Positions 1 to 13,145 of a DNA stretch of 64,000 nt are shown here, piece by piece. A program made the translations under genes and the position numbers. This DNA is from Pecten maximus (taxonomy: Eukaryota): assembly GCF_902652985.1 (NCBI RefSeq), contig NC_047022.1:30595465-30659464 (forward strand). Direction: 5' to 3'. The notes below the pieces were generated by a model. The model made no database searches. It had not been told where the DNA came from and was given only the letters and a program-made list of their open reading frames with translations. The stretch's first letter is position 1; every line of letters begins with the position of its first letter.

Positions 1-1460
1 AGAAATATATTTATTATTTTTAGATTTATTTAGTATTGTCGATCCACAAGTAATAAAGATACCAAAACCTAACCATACAAGTATTGAAAATACTATTAAA
101 TATTCTTTTCATTACATAATTACTTACTTATAAATTCCTCAAAATATCCCATACATCCAAAAACCATGATTGAAAATGCTTATACAGAAATGTAATACCA
201 AACTGACCAACTTGTATCAAGCTTCCGGACCAACTTGTATCAAGCTTTCTAATTGGTCTATTATGTAAAATGATCTGTGTTCTAGATTTCCATTGGGTCT
301 TGTCTGTAAAGACACCATTTTTTCTTTGCAGTGATAAATAGCATTTCCTGAATCAATATTTCACTATATTTTGCAAGAGATGTAATAAAATGCTGTACAT
401 TATCCTAATAGTGACATTTTCCCTGTCCACTCTTTTCCTACCCTCTATGATGTGGATGGAATTGACCAGTAATAAGTAAAGCAAACCAAAGCAATACCTA
501 CAAATGGTAATTATGCAATCATTATAACTACATATCAAGGCTACCTATCATCAAGGATATCATTTTCAAACTGGAACAGGTGCAAAAAAAAATAAAAAAA
601 ATAAAAAAAATAATGCATAACCACTATTAACCAATATCAACCTGTTTTCTAACTGTACCCCACATGTTTAAGAAGACCAACGTCCCAGGAGCACTGGAAG
701 GGACATTGGTAGCACACTCACACTTCCATCCGAACCAACGAGAGCAGTTAGTATATGAGATGATAAAATGTCTTTTACAATTGTTGTAAAATTAATAGAG
801 TGTATATGTATGTGTTTTAAATACTCTTACTGTAACAGTCCTTTTCACTTTCCCACACAAAATTTGATTATTTAACCATATACAAACAACTATTGAATAC
901 AACCAAACCTATATACATCTATATAATTACTGTATATGTACACACACACAAACAGGCCATCCCTGCTGTAGGATACAGTCATATACAAACACTGGAAAGA
1001 TGCAGCTGATTACAATACATACAATTAATATTACAGCTAAACCTTGTTAAAATTCAGGTTACAGTTAACAAAGTTGGACTGTATCAACATCCACAACAAG
1101 AGTTTAGTGGAACTAGAGATGCTGTAAGTAAATTTCCAAACCTGTGGTCATATTAGGACTCCATTCTTGTTCCCCAGTAGGTCCCCATACCCATGACCTC
1201 TGACCATCCTTGGACATGTGGTTATTCAGAGGAAGTTTATCTGAAACAACATATTAATTTAAACATAATGTGACAAAAGCTAAGTTATTCTGAAACAACA
1301 TATTAATTTAAACATAATGTGACAAAAGCTATCATCCTTGAAACAAAATTGGTCCAAATGTTTCATCCTCTGTCTTCTTGAACAAATTGGCCTGAATTTA
1401 ATGTTGGCCACAAATGATTACCTAATTAGCTGTCTGAATCCTGACAAGGTGATTGAAGCT

Positions 1461-2572
1461 GCTACATATACAGTCAAACCTGTCTACAAAGACCGCCCAA
1501 GGGGAGGCAGAAAAACGGTCACTATAGACAGATTGCCTTTATAGACAGGTCAAAATTATCGCACCAACCAATTTACGTGAAACTGCCATAAATAACTTGT
1601 CATTGAACAGGGCATTCAGAAGACCAGTCAGAAGTCAAATAAATGCATAAACTTTATATATATATATTTTTATAAATCTGAAGGGTTTAATCTTTAATGA
1701 TTTTGTGGACTCAAAGACAAAATATAACTCAAAACGGTCTTATGGATACTTTGAAAAAAAAAAATTTTGTTCTGAAATAATGCTAAATGTATTTATCAAA
1801 TTATCTCCCTTTCTTTCTTAAATAAAGAAGAAGAATACACAATAATTAATTAATTATATTTGTGTTACTACTAATTATTTTGTGATATACTCAAACTTCT
1901 TAAAACCAAAAGATTTTTTTTCTGACACAAATTGAAATCCAGATATTTGTGGCAGTTTACGACTTTTTATTAGTATTGACTAATTAAAGAGGGTGGCAGT
2001 ACAAAAGCTAGTACTGACAGCTACGATTAGGAAAGGCATTATTGGCTTTCATGTGAGTAAATCTTGTTGACAGATATGACCAGTGTTTGTTATTGAAGTG
2101 ATGTATCCTAGTTGTAATCACAAAATTAACTGACCGTGTCAAATGAAGCCACCTATGCACAGTTGTAATGTAATACCGACACGCATGGTGACCCGACTCC
2201 TCTCTCAGCAAGCCCCAGGTCAGGGCAGCTACAGTAATCATAGGATAACAAGTGGTAGGGGTTTTTTGTTTATATAATCAGGCCAGGGTTGGGGTGGTCC
2301 TTTGTTTGTATAATCAGGCCAGGGTCAGTGTGTCTGAATTTTCTGGGGGATTTTATGAGGGATGACTGCCGAGAGCAGAAGATGGCTGACAGAAATCGGT
2401 CGCTATAGAAAACAAATTAGCGACCGCCATTCCAAAATCACTGGTAATTAGTCACATTAGACAGGTAGTCATTATACAGAGGGTTGTTATATAGTAAAAT
2501 CTCATGGGGAATCTTAAAATCGGTCGTTATAGACAGGCAGTCGTTAGAGCAGGTTTGACTGTATATAGCTAC
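1461..2572. mobile_element. MITE-like non-autonomous DNA transposon with about 20-bp terminal inverted repeats (GCTAYATATACAGTCAAACCTG) and sub-terminal CGGTCNCTATAGACAG direct repeats
   Basis: Left end gctacatatacagtcaaacctg (1461-1482). Right end caggtttgactgtatatagc (2549-2570) is its reverse complement. No long ORF inside. Confidence 0.6.
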
Positions 2573-3245
2573 TATGTAGATTACAGAAAAAAATATCAAA
2601 AAACTGTTGATGGACTCCTCTTAAATATAATTATATCCACAATAATTCACTTGCAACCTACTGTGTTAAATATTGGGTCACTAAAACAACTTTGCTGTTC
2701 CGGTTATTATAAAATACGGAATGCAAATAAAACGGAAAACGTAGCGTAATATTTTCACAGCGTTTCGTTTGTTTCGTCTATTTCAACTCCATATTTGGAT
2801 AAACCGGAAATAACCTCGAGAGGTCACAATCAAAACAAGTATGGCGGTATATACAAATGGGACCTACGCTTAAACGACAAAAGAGGCTAATAATCACTGA
2901 TCTTTGATATAGATATGGACACATGTTGTGTGACTTTGTGTATTTATGATAGATAAATAGAATAAGGTAGGTCAGATCATATGAAATGTGAGTAAAGATA
3001 ACTTTTAAACGACTTTAATTAGGTGGGTCACAGCAACAGGTTTTATGTGCGGTGGTGATTAGAGGTTACATGACAGCCTGTCAAAAGTTTCCTGTCGTGT
3101 AAACCTCTAATATTATTGGAGTAATACTACACAGGACATTATACAGTATGTATACACATGTACTATATTACCAAACTGAGTTATTTCTGGGATATGTTGG
3201 ATTCTGACACCATATTTACTCATCGATGACATTATTTACACTTAC

Positions 3246-3355
3246 TGTAGTCCTGAAGGAACGAAGTGTTTGAGCCCAGTGAGGAGCACTGTTGGGACGT
3301 ATTGAAGGCTGCAGCAACATTCCCAGCTGATCCAATGGCAGACAACTGATCCGAA
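3246..3355 (-). CDS. DEPDC5: DEPDC5 exon S (SDQLSAIGSAGNVAAAFNTSQQCSSLGSNTSFLQDY). The gene continues beyond the window start.
   Basis: Acceptor ctctcattag|, donor ACTACA|gtaagtg. Phase agrees with exon R. Low-complexity Ser/Gly-rich segment. Confidence 0.55.
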
Positions 3356-3595
3356 CTAATGAGAGAAAATATATTTAGGTTTTAAAGAACAAATCAGTCA
3401 TTAGATATTCCTGTCATATTCTTTTATCAGTTGCATAATTTGGTCACCTTTATGCATCAACAGCAAGTTACTTCATTGACCTTGATCGTTAACTCTACAC
3501 TGATTAACTTGTTTTCTTTGACTTTTGATGTGGGTTTCCCAGACCCCTGACCTATTAGGTTTTCTCTGACCTCTGACCATTAATCTTGAGTTCCA

Positions 3596-4420
3596 TGACT
3601 CTTTGCATCTTACCTCGTGTTCTCTGACCTCTTACCTCGTGTTCTCTGACCTCTTACCTTGTGTTCTCTGACCCCTTACCTTGTGTTCTCTGACCTCTTA
3701 CCTCGTGTTCTCTGACCTCTGACCTCGTGTTCTCTGACCTCGTGTTCTCTGACCTCTTACCTCGTGTTCTCTGACCCCTTACCTCATGTTCTCTGACCTC
3801 TTACCTCGTGTTCTCTGACCTCTTACCTTGTGTTCTCTGACCCCTTACCTTGTGTTCTCTGACCTCTTACCTTGTGTTCTCTGACCTCTTACCTCGTGTT
3901 CTCTGACCTCGTGTTCTCTGACCTCTTACCTCGTGTTCTCTGACCTCTTACCTCGTGTTCTCTGACCCCTTACCTCGTGTTCTCTGACCCCTTACCTTGT
4001 GTTCTCTGACCCCTTACCTTGTTTTCTCTGACCTCTTACCTTGTGTTCTCTGACCTCTTACCTCGTGTTCTCTGACCTCTTACCTCGTGTTCTCTGACCT
4101 CTTACCTCGTGTTCTCTGACCCCTTACCTCGTGTTCTCTGACCCCTTACCTTGTGTTCTCTGACCCCTTACCTTGTTTTCTCTGACCCCTCTCCTTGTGT
4201 TCTCCGACCCCTTATCATGTGTTCTCCGTCTACTTCCCTTATTATATCCAACCCCTTACCATTTGTTCTCCAACACCTTACCTTGTGTTCTCCAACACCT
4301 TACCTTGTGTTCTTTGACCCGATCCCTTATGATATCTTACCCCTTATCTTGTGTTCTCTGACCCCTTTCCTTGTGTTCTCCATTACCTCACCTTGTGTTC
4401 TTTAACCCCATCCCTGATGA
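3596..4420. repeat. 22-bp minisatellite (unit ctcttacctcgtgttctctgac), about 37 copies, in the DEPDC5 R-S intron
   Basis: Visible periodicity. The ORFs at 4151-4405 are artefacts of this array. Confidence 0.95.
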
Positions 4421-4461
4421 TCTCTGACACTTGACCTGGTATTCTGACCCCTGACCTTTAC

Positions 4462-4541
4462 CTGGTGTGTTCAGATCCCTCGTTACTGTCCTGGTGTGTC
4501 AGTGAGCGTTGCTTTATTGCCTCCACGGTCAGGTAATTTGT
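4462..4541 (-). CDS. DEPDC5: DEPDC5 exon R (TNYLTVEAIKQRSLTHQDSNEGSEHT)
   Basis: Acceptor ttaatgcag|, donor ACCAG|gtaaag. Phases agree on both sides. Weak similarity to '[20 protein letters not shown]'. Confidence 0.6.
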
Positions 4542-5691
4542 CTGCATTAAACAATGTGATAAGAAATCAAAACTTATAATGAACTAGTTGTTGAAACAAG
4601 ACCTTAACTCTACAAAAGTAATATCACAAAGGGATTTTAACTGTAAAATTATCAATTGGGATACTGATAATCTAGAGGTTTTGTTTTTATATCTAATGTG
4701 TTATTGGCATCGTGTATCCTTGGACTCAGACAGATGAATGGACAGCCAAGAAGATTTTTAAAATCATGGTACCAGTATCTCCCTGCCCTATTATTATTTT
4801 TATACAGAGGAATCTGCTTATTTGCATACCACGGTATGCTTTTTCCAGTATGCAAATAGGTTGAGTTGGAGTTTGGCTCCTTCTATCGCCCAGTAGACAT
4901 GGAAATGTGCACTAGATACATAATAATGTATCAATCATTTGCAAGCAAAAAACAAATCAAAAGAATAATTTTGCAAGAATTAAAGTGTATATATAATATG
5001 ATCTGAAAAACAAATTAATTGTTATGCTCTTAAGAATGAATTGAATTGTTAACATCTTTACCAGGCCGATAACGTAAAGGATACACACATTGAATTTCGT
5101 TTGCTGTTAAATGTTTATATTGGAACAAGAACTATCGAAGGATCACACTATTCAGCCTAAATGACATCAGTATCAAAGTTTGCTTGCATTTGAAAATGGT
5201 GGCAACAGCTGTCAGAATTTATGTGTACGGTACTGAGTACATGCCAAACACACTGGTAAAATCTTTACTGTACATTATTAAGAATTTTAAACAAATATAC
5301 ATTTTACAATTAACATTACCAAATAAATAAATCTCCAGAATAAATATGCTTTTAAATACTTTGCTCTGCAATAGAGATATGTTGCTCCTGACTGAATCAG
5401 GACTAAACTGTATTTTTTGAAGTGCATGCCGATATAACCAGATTTCCAGTCAAAAGAAATATAAAAATTGATTAATGGTCCATCTTAAATTTTCATAATT
5501 TTCTATGCAAGTAAGTGGAGTTCAGTGTGAAAGTCTTTGCAAATACCTGAAGTTGAAATACAAAGAATGAAAAAAATCTGGAGCTGAGAATATCATGCAA
5601 GTAACTGATATTCAATTATTAACAGGAGGATTTATCTACATCACATCAAATGGTATCTTTATGATTTGGTAGCTGATCCAAAGACTATTAC

Positions 5692-5783
5692 CTCTCTTGT
5701 GTGAAGATCAATGCTATCCTCCATTTCATCATGATCAGAAAATGTGCGGAAGTGATGAGTCTGAACGGCAGCACCCTGTGGAT
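5692..5783 (-). CDS. DEPDC5: DEPDC5 exon Q (PQGAAVQTHHFRTFSDHDEMEDSIDLHTRE)
   Basis: Acceptor ctttttgtag|, donor GAGAG|gtaata. Matches '[20 protein letters not shown]'. Confidence 0.8.
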
Positions 5784-6442
5784 CTACAAAAAGAAGACTT
5801 TTGAATTATTTTCAAACCTAAAATACTGCACATAACATTCCATCTAACGAAAAAGATGAATGTTACGATGGTATGGTACTTTTAATCTATTCACAATAAA
5901 ATATAGCTTAATAGTTGTAAGCAAAATTTAAACTGACTCATACTGTACAATTTGGCTTTGACCTTGGCCAAAACTCATTCACTGACAATATTTATCTGTT
6001 AATATCTAACAGCAACTCTTCTAAAACATGAAATAGTAACACACATTTTAAACAATTTGTTTTTTCATCAATGATTCTCAAATAATATACACCAACATGT
6101 ATTTTGAAATATTGTGATGCTTAATAGGGACAAATACAGATATAATATTATCATAAATTTAAATAGAAAAAATGAAGATGACGGAGGAAGCACGATGGCT
6201 ATAGGTCGTTCTGACCCTTTGGGTCAGATGACTGTCGACCCATAATCCTCCGAATGGACGTGTAAATTGACCAACCTCTGAAAGCCTATGCACAACACCA
6301 TGCCAGTATACAATATATACAGAGTAATGAATAACTCTTAGTTTAATACCAACTTTGTAATGATCATCAACTTTTCAGATTTCTTTTCCTGTACTCTTAC
6401 CTTTGCTATAAAAACATTTTTTTAAGAGGACAAGTAGGATAC

Positions 6443-6655
6443 CTGTAGGAAAAGCATGAATCCATCGCCGTCGATTCGATGTCATTTTGAAATGCATGGT
6501 TGATGGGGCAAATGGATTGATGAGAGCACGACGAGTTGTTATGGACGGAAGGTGCTTTGAGTGACAGTATGGAGACCCAGCACTTCCAACTATAGGGCGT
6601 ATGGATTCACCCTCCTCCTCAGACGTGTCTTCAAGGTCTCTTACATGACATTTGT
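6443..6655 (-). CDS. DEPDC5: DEPDC5 exon P (..[30 protein letters not shown])
   Basis: Acceptor tttgatttcag|, donor ACAG|gtatcc. Anchored to ORF 6375..6680. Matches the human motif '[30 protein letters not shown]'. Confidence 0.9.
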
Positions 6656-6994
6656 CTGAAATCAAATCAGTATACCTCAATGTTCAAGCCAATTCTTGTC
6701 ATAAAACACTCAAAAATTTATAACTCTGTATCAAATCTGTACCACTAGATAATGATTTATCAATTTAGATATTTCGTGACAATAAATATCTTCACTTGTA
6801 GATAAAATTATAAACATATTCTTTTAATATCAAATTATATTGCCTATCTTGATGGTATCTGAATAAAGTCACTGTCTGAAGCTAAGCAGAATGGATCAAA
6901 ATCATTTTCCTGCAATATAACTGAAGGGAAAACTTTTTCGAAAAAGTTTGCTAAATATTTCAATTGTTTTAAAACTTTTAGACTTCAGACTCAC

Positions 6995-7194
6995 CACTGG
7001 CTGGTACTGAGGAGGATATCTCATCCCCACTGCTTGACCGGACAGGGATGGTGATGGCCCCATCCATGCGGTCAGCCGTAAGTACTCTTTCCAGTAACAT
7101 GTCGTCTGATGACCGTCGTATTCTGCCCTTATGGGTTTTTTTCGCATCCATATATGTCTGTGGTTCTTTCTTTGCTTTCTTTTTCTTCATTCTA
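6995..7194 (-). CDS. DEPDC5: DEPDC5 exon O (RMKKKKAKKEPQTYMDAKKTHKGRIRRSSDDMLLERVLTADRMDGAITIPVRSSSGDEISSSVPAS)
   Basis: Acceptor cttcctttcag|, donor AGTG|gtgagt. Anchored to ORF 6978..7253. Low-complexity linker region of DEPDC5. Confidence 0.8.
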
Positions 7195-7834
7195 CTGAAA
7201 GGAAGCAGGTCACTCGATAATATGATAACACCAGGGGATCGATGGTAGTACATCTTATAATATAGGATTTGTTACAATAATTAAAGTAGTAAAATGTTGT
7301 GGGAAATCTAGTTATATTATACCGTGATTCGTCTCTGGGTTTTGCTTTCAATATATGAAGAGAAAATTTTGCTCAGTGAAATATCCGCCCTTTTAACTGT
7401 TAACCAAGTGCTGATTTCACCCACAAGTATTGGAAACTCAGCCTATGTATAGTACACTATGTATCCATATTCATCATCATCATCATAAATATTTCCCATT
7501 GTATACTAAAGAAATTTATTTTCATTACATTTTTACCAGTGAAATATAAAAGATTATTCATTCGATCAATTTGAAAGTGATATTTTTCACTAGTGAAAAT
7601 ATCACTTTTTCTGATTTGACCAATCAAAACACTGCTTACAAAATGACAATAGCTAGTATTTTGACATTTTTCACTCTTGCTGTGCACTCAAAATATTAGC
7701 CTCACTCATGGAATATACTTGGTATTATTGAAGACACTGTTAGATAAAATTATCCTCTAGGTATTTGGTATTATTGAAGACACTGTTAGATATCCTCTAT
7801 ATATACAAAATTAACAAATTCTTGACATATTTAC

Positions 7835-7980
7835 CCAGCAGGAGAGTAGTTGTGGTTGGGAAGTTTGAACACTTGGGCATCATACTCATCATAATCCACA
7901 AAGGGAAAGTTGTCATTGTCTGAAGCGGTAGTGCTGGTTGGATACACAGGAAAGCCTGCGACTAAGAGTATAGGAGTCGG
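7835..7980 (-). CDS. DEPDC5: DEPDC5 exon N (PTPILLVAGFPVYPTSTTASDNDNFPFVDYDEYDAQVFKLPNHNYSPA)
   Basis: Acceptor ggactatag| (in-frame TAG immediately upstream), donor GCTGG|gtaaat. Matches 'VDYDAYDAQVFRLPGP'. Confidence 0.8.
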
Positions 7981-8885
7981 CTATAGTCCACAGACTGTTA
8001 ATAGTGCTGCTGAGACACTCAGACAACATTACACATCAAACTTTTTCTACCAATTCACAGCTATTTAACCATCTGTCATACTCCAGATATTTTGTTAAAG
8101 TTTGCTTTCTGCTGACCTGGAATATGTCATGGCAAAATCAAAGGCATTGGATTGGCTATTTGATTGGTGCCAGGAAAAAAAACTGACAATCGATAAGCCG
8201 ACACATTTTTTTCTCTTTAAAAATGACATAGTAGAGAAAAAACCAAGCTCAAAGCCAGTCAATTAATGAAGCCAGTGAATGGTACGGTGACCTTGCTTCA
8301 ATCAAAATATTAAACTTGTCCTATCCACTAAATGGTGGCTAAACTTCAATTTTGTAAAAAAAAATCATGCATTATGAAACTGCAGAATATTTTGAATGAT
8401 GTCATTTATGTTTAATACCGTAATTAGGAAGTAATATTTAAACCAAGGACTGACCCAGCTGAAGACATAATCCAATATCTATCCTGAAAACGTATCTGGA
8501 AGCCCCCTACCCCAGGCTTCTGTGAAATAAGCTCAATATCTGGAATGATTGGAGTTTAAATTTATTCATGACATACTTAAAATTCATCTTTCATATACCA
8601 GTATTCATTTTGTTCTGCATCACAGTATAATTTAACTTTTACTTAAAGTGACACACTTGCAGTAACCTGCAGGTAGCTTTTTTTAGACTTTGTAGGTAAA
8701 CATTGTTGACATCATAAATCTTACCTCTGTCTATGGACTTGAATTTTTTTTCCTGTAAAAAAAAGTGAAGATATATTGAGTTATGAACAGTAAATAACTT
8801 TGCTTCTCTACAATCAGCTTACATCAGTGACAAATATCTCTAGTCCAAACACTTGAATACCAGCCTGTCATCTGTGATTGTACTG

Positions 8886-10262
8886 CGATAGTAAATATTA
8901 CACCACACAAAGATTTGTCAGGAAGGTACATACTATTACCTGTTTGTGAGAAAGAATATTACACCACACAAAGATTTGTCAGGAAGGTACATAACTATAC
9001 CTGTTTGTGAGAGTGAATATTACACCACATTAAGATTTGGTCAGGAAGGTACATTATTATACCTGTTTGTGAGAGTGAATATTACACCACACAAAGATTT
9101 GTCAGGAAGGTACATAACTATACCTGTTTGTGAGAGTGAATATTACACCACATTAAGATTTGGTCAGGAAGGTACATTATTATACCTGTTTGTGAGAGTG
9201 AATATTACACCACACAAAGATTTGTCAGGAAGGTACATAACTATACCTGTTTGTGAGAGTGAATATTACACCACACAAAGATTTGTCAGGAAGGTACATA
9301 ACTATACCTGTTTGTGAGAGTGAATATTACACCACATTAAGATTTGGTCAGGAAGGTACATTATTATACCTGTTTGTGAGAGTGAATATTACACCACACA
9401 AAGATTTGTCAGGAAGGTACATAACTATACCTGTTTGTGAGAGTGAATATTACACCACACAAAGATTTGTCAGGAAGGTACATAACTATACCTGTTTGTG
9501 AGAGTGAATATTACACCACACAAAGATTTGTCAGGAAGGTACATAACTATACCTGTTTGTGAGGGTGAATATTACACCACACAAAGATTTGTCAGGAAGG
9601 TACATAACTATACCTGTTTGTGAGGGTGAATATTACACCACACAAAGATTTGTCAGGAAGGTACATAACTATTACCTGTTTGTGAGAGTGAATATTACAC
9701 CACATTAAGATTTGTCAGGAAGGTACATAACTATACCTGTTTGTGAGGATAATTACACCACACAAAGATTTGTCAGGAAGGTACATAACTATTACCTGTT
9801 TGTGAGAGTGAATATTACTGTAACACCACATTAAGATTTGTCAGGAAGGTACATAACTATACCTGTTTGTGAGGGTAATTACACCACACAAAGATTTGTC
9901 AGGAAGGTACATAACTATTACCTGTTTGTGAGAGTGAATATTACTGTAACACCACACAAAGATTTGTCAGGAAGGTACATAACTATACCTGTTTGTGAGA
10001 GTGAATATTACACCACATTAAGATTTGTCAGGAAGGTACATAACTATACCTGTTTGTGAGAGTGAATATTACACCACATTAAGATTTGTCAGGAAGGTAC
10101 ATAACTATACCTGTTTGTGAGGGTGAATATTACACCACATTAAGATTTGGTCAGGAAGGTACATAACTATACCTGTTTGTGAGGGTGAATATTACACCAC
10201 ATTAAGATTTGGTCAGGAAGGTACATAACTATACCTGTTTGTGAGAGTGAATATTACACCTC
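8886..10262. repeat. 60/61-bp minisatellite (unit ..tattacaccacacaaagatttgtcaggaaggtacataactatacctgtttgtgagagtgaa), about 22 copies, in the DEPDC5 M-N intron
   Basis: Direct repeats with a variant sub-motif (cacattaagatttgg versus cacacaaagatttg). The ORFs at 8946-10059 are artefacts. Confidence 0.95.
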
Positions 10263-10288
10263 ACTAATACTACATCTTTCACACTTAC

Positions 10289-10441
10289 AGTTTGCTGTGG
10301 AGGTTTGATTCGTGGGATGAAGCTGCCGTGGAGATGAGCCTGAATCTGGTTCTTGGACAGATAAAAGCTGTGATTCATCCAGTGTGGAATGTTGTAGTCA
10401 TCACCAACCTGTAGAGTGGCCTTCAGATGGCGGTTGTGAAA
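10289..10441 (-). CDS. DEPDC5: DEPDC5 exon M ([51 protein letters not shown])
   Basis: Acceptor tttttgttcag|, donor AAACT|gtaagt. Anchored to ORF 10229..10555. Matches '[44 protein letters not shown]'. Confidence 0.9.
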
Positions 10442-10703
10442 CTGAACAAAAATAAACAAGTCACACAAGACTTCTTTTTTTCTTATATTGGAACAGAAGT
10501 GGTAATATATACTGTATGAGTGAAAATGAATGTCAACATCTGTACAGATACCCAAAGGATGAATAATGGTGGGTCAGAAATAAGTGCCCCATACAATTGC
10601 TCTTTGAAATTTTATGGAATATCCTTTTTGTACTTTGTTATTTTGGGGAACAATTATCCTGTATGTTTATAAAAGCAGCAAAGTTAATCTTACAGTTTCA
10701 TAC

Positions 10704-10765
10704 CTTAAATAGTGGAGCTGCATGGAGAGGTTGTTCTCCCATACACACCAGATCACTTCCTACAC
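10704..10765 (-). CDS. DEPDC5: DEPDC5 exon L ([20 protein letters not shown])
   Basis: Acceptor tattttacag|, donor TTTAAG|gtatga. Matches '[21 protein letters not shown]'. The K-L intron holds the 38-bp minisatellite. Confidence 0.88.
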
Positions 10766-10924
10766 CTGTAAAATATACTCGGTTAACAGAACCTTTATCT
10801 TCACAAGATACAAGTTCTGTTCTTAAAATAAACATTTAATGCACAATTTATAAAAGATTTGAGAGAATCATTTTTTTTATCTCTGCAGATTGCTGTCCTC
10901 AGAGCTGAAAGAATAGAATGAAAC

Positions 10925-12235
10925 TACGATTCTACAAGACCCCCATGTTCACCACTTATAACACAGCCTGTGATGACCCCCATGTTCATCCCTTATAGCA
11001 TGGCCTGTGATGACCCCCATGTTCACCCCTTATAACATGGCCTGTGATGACCCCCATGTTCCCCCTTATAACATGGCCTGTGATGACCCCAATGTTCACC
11101 CCTTATAACACGGCCTGTGATGACCCCAATGTTCACCCCTTATAACACGGCCTGTGATGACCCTCATGTTCACCCCTTATAACACGGCCTGTGATGACCC
11201 CAATGTTCACCCCTTATAACACGGCCTGTGATGACCCCAATGTTCACCCCTTATAACACGGCCTGTGATGACCCTCATGTTCACCCCTTATAACACGGCC
11301 TGTGATGACCCCAATGTTCACCCCTTATAACACGGCCTGTGATGACCCCATGTTCACCCCTTATAACATGGCCTGTGATGACCCCCATGTTCCCCCCTTA
11401 TAACACGGCCTGTGATGACCCCAATGTTCACCCCTTATAACACGGCCTGTGATGACCCCCATGTTCACCCCTTATAACACGGCCTGTGAAGACCTTAATG
11501 TTCACCCCTTATAACACGGCCTGTGATGACCCTCATGTTCACCCCTTATAACACGGCCTGTGATGACCCCCATGTCCCCCCTTATAACACGGCCTGTGAT
11601 GACCCCCATGTTCCCCCCTTATAACACGGCCTGTGATGACCCCGATGTTCACCCCTTATAGCATGGCCTGTGATGACCCCCATGTCCCCCTTATAACACG
11701 GCCTGTGATGACCCCCATGTTCCCCCCTTATAACACAGCCTGTGATGACCCCCATGTCCCCCCTTATAACACGGCCTGTGATGACCCCCATGTCCCCCCT
11801 CATAACACGGCCTGTGATGACCCCCATGTTCCCCCTTATAACATGGCCTGTGATGACCCCCATGTTCCCCCCTTATAACACGGCCTGTGATGACCCCCAT
11901 GTTACCCCCTTATAACATGACCTGTGATGACCCCCATGTTCCCCTCTTATAACACAACCTGTGATGACCCCCATGTTTACCCCTTATAACATGGCCTGTG
12001 ATGACCCCCATGTCCCCCCCTTATAACACGGCCTGTGATGACCCCCATGTTACCCCCTTATAACATGACCTGTGATGACCCCCATGTTCCCCTCTTATAA
12101 CACAACCTGTGATGACCCCCATGTTTACCCCTTATAACACGGCCTGTGATGACCCCCATGTTCCTTCCTCATAACACGGCCTGTGATGACCCCCATTGTT
12201 CACCCCTTATAACATGGCCTGTGATGCACATCAGC
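10925..12235. repeat. 38-bp minisatellite (unit ccccatgttcaccccttataacacggcctgtgatgac), about 34 copies, in the DEPDC5 K-L intron
   Basis: Visible periodicity. The ORFs at 11582-11900 are artefacts. Confidence 0.95.
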
Positions 12236-12332
12236 TCAGTCTTACTGATGATCAGGCAGTGCGATATATAATGCCAGACTATTTTACACTAGAACAACAG
12301 AGGATAAGTCCTGAGAAGTCGACTGTACATAC

Positions 12333-12467
12333 CACAATCAATAGTCCTCTGTTTGGTGATGTTGGTCAGCTCTCTGTCTACCTCAAATACACCTGGCCCA
12401 GGTGTGATAACCACAGCCACCTTACCTGTCCGGTCAAAATTTCTGTCCACATAGTACTTCTCCAACA
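12333..12467 (-). CDS. DEPDC5: DEPDC5 exon K ([44 protein letters not shown])
   Basis: Acceptor actgtttcag|, donor TGTG|gtatgt. Matches '[44 protein letters not shown]'. Confidence 0.88.
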
Positions 12468-12957
12468 CTGAAACAGTAGTAACATTTAATTATCAATTAA
12501 AGAGGTGTTGAAACTATTCAATTGATACTCAGCCTGGTATATGTAGCAAGTAACCCACTTAAACTATTCAGCCTACTGTACACACTTATTCCAAAACATC
12601 AACAGAGAATACCAACATTAAAAACAAAAGTGTAATTTTAACTCAAAATCAGTTAAAAGAAGGTAAACATAAACAATCAAGAGGCCCAGAGGGCCTGCAT
12701 TGCTCACCTGGATATTCAGTTATCATGGTAAATTACTCTCATTTAAGTTATATTACAAATGTTTTCCAACTTTTTGAGCTGCATCTCCCAACATTGGTAC
12801 AAACCAAATGTGTACCAAATCCTGTCATTCTTGCCTTACTACTTATAAGCAAAATGATGACTCAAACTTTGACTATTTCAGAATATTCAATATGTTATCA
12901 AATGTTTGATTACATGGTGGATAAATAATTTCCAGTTCTAGGCGAGTACAAACTTAC

Positions 12958-13145
12958 AGTTGAGGGACATGTTGAGTGTTTCCAGAAAGTTTCCCTGAGA
13001 GGCAGTGGAGTTCCAGGCCTTAGGCATTTTTTTACCTTTAACTTTGTGGTAGTGGAGGACACGTTGAGGATATTCATTAAAAAGTTTCCTCAATGTTTTG
13101 ATCGTTCTTGTCCAGTCATCATAACGCTCATTCTGAACCAACACC
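12958..13145 (-). CDS. DEPDC5: DEPDC5 exon J (VLVQNERYDDWTRTIKTLRKLFNEYPQRVLHYHKVKGKKMPKAWNSTASQGNFLETLNMSLN)
   Basis: Acceptor tttcttatag|, donor AACT|gtaagt. Anchored to ORF 12938..13144. Matches '[22 protein letters not shown]...NSTSAQGNYLEAINLSFN'. Confidence 0.9.

Noticed and set aside
4151-4405. ORFs MCSLTPYLVFSDP... and MFSLTPLLVFSDP...
   Set aside because: They are translations of the 22-bp minisatellite.
8946-12471. ORFs inside the 60-bp and 38-bp arrays (MRKNITPHKDLSGRYITIP..., MGVITGRVIRG..., MMTPMFTPYSM...)
   Set aside because: They are repeat-derived. The only real coding sequence here is on the minus strand (DEPDC5 exons K and M).
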